Shown: in pieces, positions 52,614 to 64,000 of the stretch
How the letters are laid out: each line of letters begins with the position of its first letter
Numbering within the stretch: the first letter of the stretch is position 1
Source: Yuukianura sp. NJ FZ-2021
Taxonomy: Eukaryota
Assembly: GCA_046563655.1 (NCBI GenBank)
Contig: CM102284.1
Coordinates: 4,464,001 to 4,528,000 of the forward strand
Direction of reading: 5' to 3'
Length of the DNA stretch: 64,000 bases
Translations under genes and position numbers: made by a program
The notes under the pieces: generated by a model
Seen by the model: only the letters and a program-made list of their open reading frames with translations
Told to the model about the DNA's origin: nothing
Database searches by the model: none

Positions 52614-53559
52614 ATGTTTGAGGACGAATATGGAACTACACCGGTACAGCATCATGGGTTTAATCCATATACGGATAATGGAGGGTAACGAAGTATTCTG
52701 TTTTCTGTTTAATTTATATCTAAATTATAGTTGCCATTGATCGTTTTCGTTGGTTAGTATTCATATGAGGATTTTCTACAATTCTGTCCTGATTTTAACA
52801 GGAGTGTCGTCGCTGTTGCCGGCGAAGGATTTGCAGTAATTGGATCTGACACGAGACTTTCGGCAGGGTATGCAATTTATACCCGAGATCAATCGAAATT
52901 GACTGTCTTAGGCAAGCAGAGCGTTCTAGGAGCTTCTGGATGCTGGTGTGATGTTTTGACTTTGACGCGTCTCATTGATGCCCGAATGAAGGCAATTGCA
53001 AATACAGATTCATGAACTAAAATGATTTATTTTGGCTTGTAATTAATCCCTGACTGTTTGTAGCTCTACAAGCATGAACACCAGAAGGAAATGTCAACTG
53101 TGGCCGCAGCTCAGATGTTGTCCACCATGTTATACAACAAGCGGTTCTTTCCATATTCCGTTTCCAATACCTTAGCCGGACTTGATGCCAGTGGTAATGG
53201 AGTGGTGTACAGTTATGACCCCGTGGGTCACATGGAGTTTAGTAAATTCCATGCTGGAGGTTCTGCCGGAGCTTTTTTGCAGCCGCTTTTGGATAACCAG
53301 GTAGCCTATACGTCGAGTAACGTCAGCTAAGATTTTAAAGGACAATTCCTTATCTGTCGTAATTCTGGCTTAGATTGGATATCACAACATGACAGTGAAA
53401 CCCACGCAGCCGCTGACTCTGGACAAGGCGATCAGAATTATCAAAGATGTCTTCACTTCCGCTGCAGAACGGGAAATTCATACCGGAGATGGACTCATCA
53501 TCAACATTATCACCAAGGATGGTATTCGTGAGGAACGATTTCCACTTCGTCAAGATTAA
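52614..53559 (+). CDS. PSMB1: Proteasome subunit beta type-1 (20S beta6), 227 aa
   Basis: Exons 52614-52684, 52802-52991, 53064-53300, 53374-53559. Hallmarks: [77 protein letters not shown] at 53621. Confidence 0.97.
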
Positions 53560-55906
53560 ATTATCCATTCATAATTTACTACTTTCAATTACTCTTTAAA
53601 ATACTAAGTAAATTCTTTCAAATAAAGGTAAAAATAAACTCATTGGTACTCTGGTCTGATGATTCTGCAGCAAGGTTAAGTGCTAACTGCAATAATTATT
53701 GCAGTTTTCAAAATGCAATTATTCAAAATATTCTAAATAATATGTCACAAGTGTATTAACTGATTGAGCTTAAAAACTTTTTCAAAATCGATTGTTCTTC
53801 GTAAGTGACTGACAATGGCCCTCTGTCTGCCAAGAGACGGTGTTTTGATGGCGACAAAGAGACACTCATGTAATCCTGTACTTACTGATCAAACTGTCTC
53901 CGCAGCATCAGCAATCAGCATGTTAGCACAATTTTAGACTTCAGTGGCTTTAGATGAAATGTTAGGTCGTTCAACTCTTGAGACTTACCGGACAGTTTGA
54001 AATTACATATTGCTATTCAAAAAAATAAATTGCATTAAAAAAAATAATGATGTGGAGGTACTTAAATAATTTTTTTTAGAAATTATACAAAGCTCAAGGC
54101 GAGGAAAAAAGGCAGGATGGGAAAAAATCTCATAAAACGTTTGACAAGTGCTTGAAACATCACAAAAAATTAAAGATTACAAAATTACAAATTAAAAAAT
54201 CCACAAATTAATTCTGCACAAAATAATTTCAAGGTGGATATTCCTTTTGGTTTTTTGCATAAAGTGGTTTGCGCGTGTGTTGTCATTGTCATTGTCACAT
54301 GTTGTAAAAATCAAATTTAGATAAGTTTGTAGGCCACCATTTTTTTTTGTGTCAACTCGTATCGTAACTTGGCTACATGTCAAAGTTCACCAAGAATTTT
54401 ACGTGTTGTCAACGCCGTCTGACTTGATTCTGCGTCGCGACTCCCAAGATTTTGACAGTTTCTGTCATGCCAAGGACCCAAAACCCTTAAGGACTTCTTG
54501 GAAATCCTAAGGGGTCCGGCTGGCCTCATTTAGTCCTTTGACTGACTGAAAATGACAGTTCAATACGTACTTAATTCCTACACCTGTGACATGTACCATT
54601 GATTTCTAATCACATCTAAGCCATTTTCGAAATTCAGAACTAAACATTGGACAGAAATCTAAAAACCCTATTCAAATCCCAAAGCTGCTTGTCCATTTTC
54701 ACTTTTCAAGCAATTTATAAGGAAAAATTCAACAAAATTTTAGAATTCTGTTTAGATTTAGAACCATTTCGAACGTTTTGTACATGCTTAAGCGTTCTGT
54801 TTAAAAAAGAAATGGTCATTAGGACATTGACAATCCTTCGGATTTAACAAAAAAAGAAGTAAGCCCCCTTAATCTCACCTCATTAGATTTTGCCTTTTTT
54901 AAAAGTCGCGCCGGGGTTGTTCACCTTCCGCTAAAATATAGTTCAAAGTAATCGCAATGGCCGCCATTGTGAGCAAAGGTAAAAGTTAGCAAATTGCAAT
55001 TTGCAAATTGCAATTCTATAATTCTAATCCTGCAACAGCAACAGTTTTGTTGTCATCTCCCTCTAGCGGAGCTGTAGTTGGAGAGAGCCAAGAGATGTTC
55101 CAATTTATTTGAATCCCGCACAACAGATGCCTATCGCTCCACAAGGAATTGTTGCCGACCAGGAACAGTATAGCTACCGCTTCAAACTGAGATTCAATCG
55201 CACTATCGTAGCCAAAAAACTCAAAATCGCAACATTTTGCGAATTTGCATGCTCCAGAAGGAACAATGATTTCGCACTAACACAATTGCAATCCTTTCGT
55301 TTTTCCGTGTCAACGCGGATCCGTTCCGCTTACAATCGGAATGGTATCAAATTCTATGCATTTAGTTTATATACATATTACTTTTTGTGTAACGTCTTTG
55401 CTTATTTTACTCTATCGATTTCATTCTTTAATTAAAGTGTACTGATATCTGATTAACTCTTCATGTTGACTATACACTAGTACGTTCAGAAGTCATGGTG
55501 TAATAATAACCTATTTATAGGGCACCAATTGGTCTTATATCATAAATTCAAAATATGTATATTATTTTTTTATATTTAGTAGTTTATTCTTATGTATACA
55601 TTTAGTTGATTTAATTAGTTCAACTCGTCAACGCCTATTTTAACTTCTAATATCTAGAAATTAAACTGATTTAGCATACGTTTAGATAATAATTATTATT
55701 TCGAATGTTTGGAAGATACCAGCTGACAAAAATAATGATTTTAATTCATTCGAAAAATCAATTTTATAAAAATTAAAAAATAATTTTCAGTGCTTTAGTT
55801 TGTAGTTTTTTTTTTTGCCGTTTTACTTCTTGGTTGAGATATTTATAATTAAATACTCAAGCATTGAGACTCAATTAGTTCTAGGAAGGAAGTGCTATAT
55901 AGTAAA

Positions 55907-56609
55907 TGTTGACAATCGCGTGCAGCAACGACGGACCGACTCACGACTGTTCGTAATGACCAGGCTGCTTATAGTTGCGAGTGTCACAGACTGCCAAAAC
56001 AGGACAACCGAATATTCTTTGTCCACCGACAAGCCGCCGCGTTTGCGTTCGACCTTTGCTTCTCTCCCCCGCGTCAACCGGTCGGTTCGGTGGGTTTGGC
56101 TTGTGCCAAAGTGGGTTCACCACTTGAGCCACTCAAGATCCTTCATAACCAGCCGGTGGGCCCGACTCCACGGCGCATCTTCACACTCTTCCTTCTGTCT
56201 CCATCCGAACCCTCAGAAGATGCCTCCACCCGAAGAAGCCTCATCATCAGCAAGAAGATCCGAAAGGGAAGATGAAGAAAGCAACCCCCGCAGCATCCCT
56301 CCATGACGCATAAGGAAGCAAAGGGGCCCTTAAGAACCACCCGAAGGAAGAAAGGAACCGAAGGCCTTTCGGACACCATCTACTACGTCCACCGCCGCCC
56401 TTTTGTACCGGGGGATTCAAACACCCGACGACTGCAGTCACCCTCCGACACACCGACAACATACACGCAGTAGTGTCACTCCAGAATACCCGGTACTGTT
56501 TTGAATAAGGTTTGGAACAATAGGAATTCCCAACCCTCAACAACCAAGTACTAAAGTAAGTGTACACTCTCATTCTTGTTTTGAATCACCTTGTTAAGTC
56601 CACTCAACA
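55907..56609 (+). mobile_element. Possible solo LTR / LTR-retrotransposon relic (~700 bp)
   Basis: A GC-richer island next to very AT-rich DNA, bounded by inverted termini TGTTGA...TCAACA. The flanks gtaaa/gttca do not give a clean target-site duplication, and no gag/pol was seen. Confidence 0.35.
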
Positions 56610-59087
56610 GTTCACACTTCCCACTTAGGATTCACTTACCAGTTCCATAGCAGAAGGCAACCTGAGAGGACGTTCACTTCACAAACAGCTCTCAGTTGGA
56701 CAGTGCCTGGCGATCATGGCAGTGGTTGAACAGTGACAGGTGACAGTTGGAGGAACGGTAGTGCAGGTCAGAGGTCATCAATTAAGTTAATTAGCTAAAA
56801 TCAACTGATGTGACTCGTAAAAGAACTGGTTTTGGTTCGTCTTCCGTCATGCATGTGTTGTTATAAGATCAAGAGAGGCGACAAATTCTGGATTCTGGAC
56901 AGGATTGAGCTTAAAAGGTAAGACAGTAACATTCCTTTTTATTCTTCTTCATTTCGATGCAATTTGACAGCATGAACTGGTTTGTGCGATTCATTAATTA
57001 GTCACTTTGTAATTAGCGAAAATAATTGAAAGTGTGAAGAAACATGGAGCAATAATAAGTGGACAGAGGGAGAGGGGTACATGTTCGTAAGTGAAATTTA
57101 ATTCGTAGTTAGTCTAAACAACGATGATACTAAATAGTTAATTGCTTAGAATTCCCATAAAGTCGAAAAAGTAAGGAAGAACAGCAGCGCAGTTTCAGTC
57201 TAAAGGTCCACTTTGAATGACAATTTTGCAAAGACATGTTATTTTTTTTATAACTGTGCTACTTCGTTTCCAGTTTTCCAGTCTGGGGTCAGAGGTTAGA
57301 GAGCCAAGGAAGCAAATGTAGGAAGATAACGTGGATCTCAGGGAATACAGAATTTCAAATGGTCAACAAGAGTGACCAACCATCAGCCCCCGCGTATATC
57401 TAGATAGACGACGAATCGCGACAATTTACGTCGGGAACTAGAAAGCTAGTCAGTGGCGGCGAAGCGAGTAACAAGCAAGGCGAGGGGTTAAGAACAAAAC
57501 ACTAATTATATAGTTAGAGTCCGAGTCCAACTGATTAATAGGCGTTATTTAATTCATTGACAGGACAATAATATCAAGAGGCTCTTCTGGACAAGATCAA
57601 AGACAACGTTTCCAAATTACATTAGGATTTGGCACTTTAGACGTTAAACCGTCGCTATGAACGAAACCGCTGCTAAGTATTTCAGACTTTCAGCGCCTTT
57701 TATCGCAGTATAGTGACGATACCGGAACGGGAACTGATTCCGGTACAGCAAGTTGACTTCTAAGTATTACCGGAGCTAGGGATAATCGACACTCGCTCGT
57801 TTTTTTTTGAGATGTCAAGGTCACTGTACGTATCAGATGTTGACGTTACAGTGGCTGATATCACGGTGATATCGGACAGGCATAAAGTTTAACCGGTATT
57901 TACCAGTTGTCATCGTCAACGTTACACTTAAAGACCGTATCGTCGGTAGGGTTTCTTCTCTGTCAACCGCCCAATTTCTTGCGCTCGTTTAAAATGAAGA
58001 ACCCCCAACCTAACAGGCCACTCCCGGCCTTGGCTTATGCCAAATGACAATTGTTCATAAACCAACAGCAATATAAACAAGTTTATTACTTTTGCAATGC
58101 CAACTTTGGAAAACTTAAGAACCAAAGTGGAGCTTCCAACTCAAGCGATTGATACACTGGAATAATAAGGGGAAGCGTCAAATTACATTTTAAGATACAC
58201 ACAATTCAAAAGCCTTTAAGTTTTGAAGACGCATTTAAATCAGAAATCAACAACAGTTATATCCAGAAGCGCTATAATCTCTTAAAACTCAGCAGTGCTC
58301 ATAGTTCTGCTAAAAGTTACACTTGGTTCGTAGTGTTAAACGGCCTAACTGTAACTGTATCCTATTCAGAATTAAGGATATCCAGCCCCAAACTTTAGTT
58401 AAGCACGAGGACGTCGACAGAGAAGTCAAAGCAAATAGGAAAATACTTTTATCAGAAACTATTATCAATTCAACCAAAAAGTAAGAGTAACGAAGCCCCA
58501 GCGTTGTCTGTTCACTAATTTTGACCAACTTTTAGTTTGAAGTGAGTGTGAGTGTACTCATAAGTGGCCAAAAACGTGAACATGACCCCCCTCCCTAGTC
58601 TTTAGTCCAATTTTTTGTAAACCACCACAAGCCAAAATAAGACGCTTGGTGTATCGAATGTGGAACTAAACGAAGAAAAAATTGATTGTAAATTTTGATA
58701 CAGTTTTGGTGCGTGTGGGATTAAGTACTGGTAAAGTGGTGGTCGGTTTTTGACTTTACAGGAAAAGATACGAAAAAAGAAGCTTTTGTTTTTGTCATGT
58801 CGTCGGTTTTTTAGCTAATCAGTTTTTGGTTGTGTAAGTGTGCGGTGGATTTCGTAAAGTTTTTTAATTTTTGGTGTTTTGTTCTTCTGTTCCAGGAAAT
58901 CCTTTCGGAATATTTTTTGACAAGACCACAAGAACACAAAAAATCAGCGTCGACTTGTCGCTTGAGCTGAACAGAAGTTACGGATGGATTTGATCCGAGG
59001 AAGATAAAAGTGGAACAATAAGTTTTTGAAACTTGGAAGTTGTTTTTCCTATTTGAACTTGTTGAGAACAGTGTTGAAAAGTTAAAA

Positions 59088-60470
59088 ATGCCTCACGTGA
59101 GTGCAGGCTCGAGTGGTAGCTCGTCGTCGGATCGCTTGAGATCCGATGACCCCAATGACTGTGACGAAGTGAAAGTATTCAAGTGTGCTGAAGATGAGGG
59201 GGAACTGGAGAAAGATGATGTCATCAACGACGACAAGAGAGATCTTATCCGAGCTACAGAATGTGATCAGGTAACGCATCAATTGTTTTTGTCAATTACT
59301 TTAAGCCTAAAAGTTAATCGTAAAGAGTCCCACTATACCTAAGAGGTGCAGATGATCCAGGTTTTCTAAGAATGACAATGACGGAAGATGAGACAGATCA
59401 ATAATCATACCTCCAGAGCCTATTATCTTAGAAGATCAAATTGAAGATCTGATTGCAGCGTTGATGTGTAGGAAAATTGCACTGCTAAGTGCACCACTAG
59501 TGCTGTTGTGTTGTTCATATTGTTTTTTCATGTCAACCACAAATGTTGTTCGTGGTTTCGAAGTGTGTGATCAGGAGCATCCTGCAAACAATTATGTAAC
59601 TCAACCTCTTCTGTACCTCATCTAGGACCTAGTGCATCTTCCGAGTTTTTCACACCTACCTGAAAGTCTATTGAAATTTCAATTTTGATTGATTTTTTCA
59701 TTTTTTTAGTGTAAAAAGCAAGAGGATGGACATGATTTTGAATTCAAACTTTTGAGAATTTTGAAAAATGAGAGTAACTTTCATCTTGTAGAGCTTTTGC
59801 ACTTTTTCTTTTAAAAAATTTAAAATTCATCTTAAGGGGAATTTTCGTGAAACGGAAGATGTGTTTTTTCGGACTGCTCGGGTGGGCTGGAAGGAAAACA
59901 GAGTTGGAAAAGTTTAGGGGAAAGAAAAACGAATGTACTACACTAAATGTTTTTGGAATTTTTTAAAACATACAATTTTACAAAGACCAGAACAGAACAC
60001 ACCATTTGTTTTATGTCCAAAATAATAAATAGTGGAACAAAGAACGCAAGGATCCCTTTAACGCCTTATATTCCTCTTAGAATTTCGAAATTTCAAAATT
60101 TCGAAAACAGAAAATCTTGGGCATGAACTGAATTTTGAAGAAAGAAGCTTCCGCTCATACTTTTTTCGTATGAAAAGTGTAGAAATATTTTTATAAAATG
60201 CACTAATAGATTTTTCCAAACAAGGAGTGGCATTGAAGTTATACAGTATAAAACTAATTATAAATCTAATTTAAAACTGATTAAATTAGTATTTACTTAA
60301 TTTTTATTATTATTTATTATTATATTATTTTTCATTTATTAACTCAATTAAAATTTATGTTTAGGGTCGGAAGAGCCCGTCGTATTCCAGCGGCGGAAGT
60401 GGGCATTCCAGCTACTCCAGTTCTGGCAAAAATGGACACGGATTTCGTTCTGATCCTTCATCAATATTTG
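59088..60470 (+). CDS. pan: TCF/LEF (pangolin) transcription factor, first two coding exons (beta-catenin-binding domain); gene continues beyond the window
   Basis: Exon 59088-59270 MPHVSAGSSG...DEVKVFKCAEDEG...DDKRDLIRATE (CAG|gtaacg) matches the arthropod pangolin N-terminus MPHV..DEVKVFKDEG..EEKSSLIDLTE. Exon 60365-60470 ends ...RSDPSSIFG|gtaagt. No HMG box lies in the window. Confidence 0.85.
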
Positions 60471-63400
60471 GTAAGTCAAATCAAACTTTTAGTCTAAAAC
60501 AGAATCCAAAAAGTTAACCCAAAACTAATCCAAAGAGTTAACCCAAACATTGGTCAAACCCGATTAGGCTGCTAGGCATAATTTTTGACCAACTTTTTCC
60601 TCGGCGAAGTTCTTAAGTGACCAGCTCCTGCCTGCTCCAGTCACACAGTTCCTCAAGAATTAAATAGGAAGACGGGTAGAAAGTGGGCATAAGGGGGGAA
60701 TGTGGATGATTTTTCGGTTAATTATAATAATTAAATAGAGAGTAATTACCACCTGACAAGGAAATTATCACTCAAGTCTCTTAGCACTGTTTCCCCCCTT
60801 TCTGCTTCTGCCCATGTTCAATTAAGATTCCACACTTCCAGCCACAACTTCCAGCCCAAACTTTCGGTTTCGTAACAATTATCCACCACTCACTTGTTTC
60901 TTACGAGGAAACTCCTACTTGATACTTGTACTTTCCTTTAAGCTCCTGCTTGCCAAACATCAACTGTCCAAAAAAGTTAGTTTGGGAAGTTCAGAGCAAG
61001 GTAGGAAGTTCTCCACGGAACTTTAATTATTCAGAGATGAAGTTTAAACTTGAAGTCAACTGGACTGGAACTGGTTAAATTACCCAAGGAGATGGAGTTC
61101 TCTCACTTTGCAATTGGAATTGAACTTTCTTGGCAGTCAGAACCTAAAGGGAAATGGAAAATGAGATGATTTTTTAACTTGCTACGAAGGCTGCTAAAAG
61201 TGGAATTAAGATTTTAACTTGTTTTGGTTTTTGGAAATGTTGGGGGTGATGCACTTTACAAATCGCAGAGTTAAGAACTGAGAGAAGAGTTTTTAACCCG
61301 GAGATTCTGAGAGTTGGAAACTGTTTTTAAAAAAAGTTGTTTCAAAGTCAAAATGTTTAAAAAATTTCATGGTTAGGAGAGTGTAAACTGTGTTCAAGGG
61401 CTCATTTGAAGGGTACTTTGAAGGGCCTTTTTAGTAACAGCTATAAATTCTGGACCAGAGACAAGGAACATGGATGGAAAGGTGTGAGGGGGCAAGGATT
61501 TTCAAAAAAAAAGTTTTTAAAGAATGTTCTTGAACTTATAAATTTTGAATGGGATGTTCTTTTTTTCAAAAATGGCTTTAGGAGTTTGGAACAAAGTTTT
61601 TTGAAATCAGGATATCAGATCTCCGAATTTTTGAAACATGTTTCTCTTGTTTTTCAAAAAAGAAAGTGTGAGACTTATTAGTAGAGAGGTTTCAAACTTT
61701 CTAATCTTTAAAATCAGGATGAGCTATTTTTTGAGTCTTTATTTCTGTGCTAAGTGGAACTAAGTGTTCATGGCTACTTGCCTTTTAGTACGAAATTGTA
61801 AAAATGTTAAAGTTTTATTTAGATTTAAAGCTCGTTTTTAATAGTCCGGTAGTTTGGGAATAATTTAAGGCCGCTTGTACACAGATAAGTTTGCTGAGTT
61901 AGTGTCAGTAGTTACGACCGAAGTTTTGGAAATTCTTGAGGGAAAAGATTTGAAAGCGGCAGGGAATATAAAAAGTAGGGTTGAGTCCCAGTGGACTTCC
62001 TTCCGGATGTTATGAGTGTTTCCATCAGATTCGACGAAAATTCACAAGCGTCTTGTTTTGAAAAAGACGTAAAAAGTGAAGCGCAGCGCAGCGGCGGTGA
62101 GATCTGGGTCCTCCCCGGGTCCTATTTTGAAACTTGACATGAAGACATTAGCAAAGAATTCACACGTTGCATACCAGATGAATCCGAACGAGACGAAGGA
62201 AACGTTGTCTAAAGTAAACTTTACTTTTTTTCTCGGTTTTTTCGGTTCGGAGGATGATGGGATGGTGGAGTAGGTTAAAATATTACTGTAAGCACTGAGC
62301 AAAGCAAAGTTTTTTTCTTGAACTGAAAGGTTTCCGATGTCGTAGAACTTCAAACCTGTCTTTCCGAAGACGTAGAACTTGTCTAAACTTTGGCTAAAGA
62401 CTTTAAAACTGTTTTGAACCCCATGAGCCCTGCGGTTTTTCGGATTTTGCAACTCTCTTTTTCTAGAATTTTGAAATTTGTGACCATTGTGAAATTTTGA
62501 ATAGAGGGATGAAAGATGCTTGGAGGAGGAAGTTTTTTTTTAAAGGAGCAAGATTTTTTGGTGTGTGGGAAGATGATGGCTTTTAGTTGGTTGGCTTACA
62601 CTTGCCTTATTACCCGCTACCCGCTCCGACAAATCTCGGCGGCAGTTAATTTTTAGTTCTCCTCCTGGAGTTCTATTCCCGTAAGACTCATAAGTCACAA
62701 GGAGTCGCGGAGACATTTATTTTTTAACCCGAAACTATTTTCGGTGTATTTTGGAACATTCGCAGGCATAAACCTTCAACTTTCTCGAAAAACTCACCTC
62801 TTCTGGGTCTGGCACAACGTGGAAGTTTATTTAATGAAAAAGATATAAAAAAGAGCAAACTCAGAAGAAGAGCATTTGGAAGATGCTCAGAAGATCGGAA
62901 AGATAAAAGATTTTTTTTTGTGTTCGTATTTTCCGTTTAAATTTTTCAAAAAATGTTGTCCAATGTTGCAAAATTTTTTTGTTAGTTTGTTAATGCACTT
63001 CAGCAGGTTCTTGGTATCGGAAAACCTTTGTCAATTGGTGCAAAATTTGTATCTATTTCGACAATTTGGTTTGGTTCTTTACTTCTTCGGTTCGAAAATT
63101 CGAACTAAAATTTCAGAATTTGACAATTTAGAAATTTTTTCACAAACTTTATTTCGCAAAGATTTGCCAATTTGGTGCATTTTATTTTGAGGATTTGGGA
63201 ATCTGTGAGTAGGATTTTAGTTCGGTATGTTTTAGCAATTGTTAGTTTTGTACTTGAATTTTTGCAAATTGGAAAATGCTGATGTATGATGATGATGATG
63301 AAAATATTTGAACGGTTAGATTGGAAATGTTGGAGTGCATTGAAATTTTGTACTCTGGTTGGGGCTTTTGTTGCTCAATTGAGTGAATTGGACAGTTTTT

Positions 63401-64000
63401 GGTCTGTTTTGTTTGTTTTTGAATTTTTGCAAATTGTGAAGTTGGAGATCTTTATTTCAATATTTGGACTGGGCAGTTGTATGAGAAGAGAAGACCGTTA
63501 AGAACTGTAAATTGAATTGAAAATGTTAAATTGAAAGGAGGATCTTGTGGGTCTGTGTGAGTGTTGTCAAGTCCTTGTTCTTGAGGAGATCAAAGCGTCT
63601 TTGAACAGTTGAGACCCAGCAGATGATTAGATTCTGCCTATTTACAAATAGAAGATGTTACAGAGAAACGCTCTCCTTCAAACATTTTTCTTCATTGCAT
63701 GTGTAACTCTCATCACTTTAGAGTCTCATCCACTTCTGACTTCGGAGGAGACTAACTACTATTTTCAACTTTTTTTGGAGTCAAATGGAAAAAAGCTAAG
63801 CTAAGATTTAGGAGAATGACGTGAAAGTTATTAACAAGGGGCAATTTCTGACTTGGTCTACCAGGTTTCACCCACTTCGCAATTTAAATAAATTACACTT
63901 GAGGCAAAAGAGAAAAAAAAAGTATTTGGAACGTCAATAACAATTTAGTAAGCGGTGGTGGTAGAAAAAGTTGCATTTGAAGCGGATTTTTGTTACGGGG

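Noticed and set aside
55815..56573. 163-aa ORF and overlapping ORFs
   Set aside because: No gag/pol or other recognisable motif; they are explained by the higher GC of the LTR-like island.
57454..57460. TCF Helper site GCCGCCA
   Set aside because: It is about 130 bp from the nearest HMG site, too far for a bipartite element.
60471..64000. ORFs such as 62042..62452 and 62876..63190
   Set aside because: This is T/G-skewed intronic sequence of pangolin; no HMG-box or other exon was recognisable.

Overview
This is AT-rich eukaryotic nuclear DNA from a compact arthropod genome. Introns of about 60-100 nt and lineage-type F-box/LRR genes suggest a springtail-like hexapod (inference). It is not prokaryotic, and no CRISPR, operon or rRNA was seen. 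Positions 1-14.5 kb are essentially non-coding and contain a young 7-copy ~180-bp tandem array. Gene models were built by hand from splice sites and reading-frame phase. They are: a disrupted spliced locus (15-17 kb, -); a 7-exon divergent TMBIM/Lifeguard-like membrane protein whose TAG falls at the conserved last-helix Asp position (18.2-19.8 kb, +); a 10-exon disordered scaffold gene with repeated SRxFxxLQ and IPI/V motifs and two alternative last exons (20.1-29.3 kb, -), which hosts a nested antisense POLE4/Mes4-like histone-fold gene; tRNA-Gly(GCC) and tRNA-Asp(GTC) variants; an unknown PxDLS-motif protein; a CRIP-type LIM protein; an intronless secreted coiled-coil/LRR-like gene; an F-box/LRR gene head-to-head with proteasome beta type-1 (one GC-AG intron); and the first two coding exons of pangolin/TCF. 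A possible solo LTR and a DINE-1/Helentron-like relic are also present. All identifications are by eye and from memory of the families; no database search was run.
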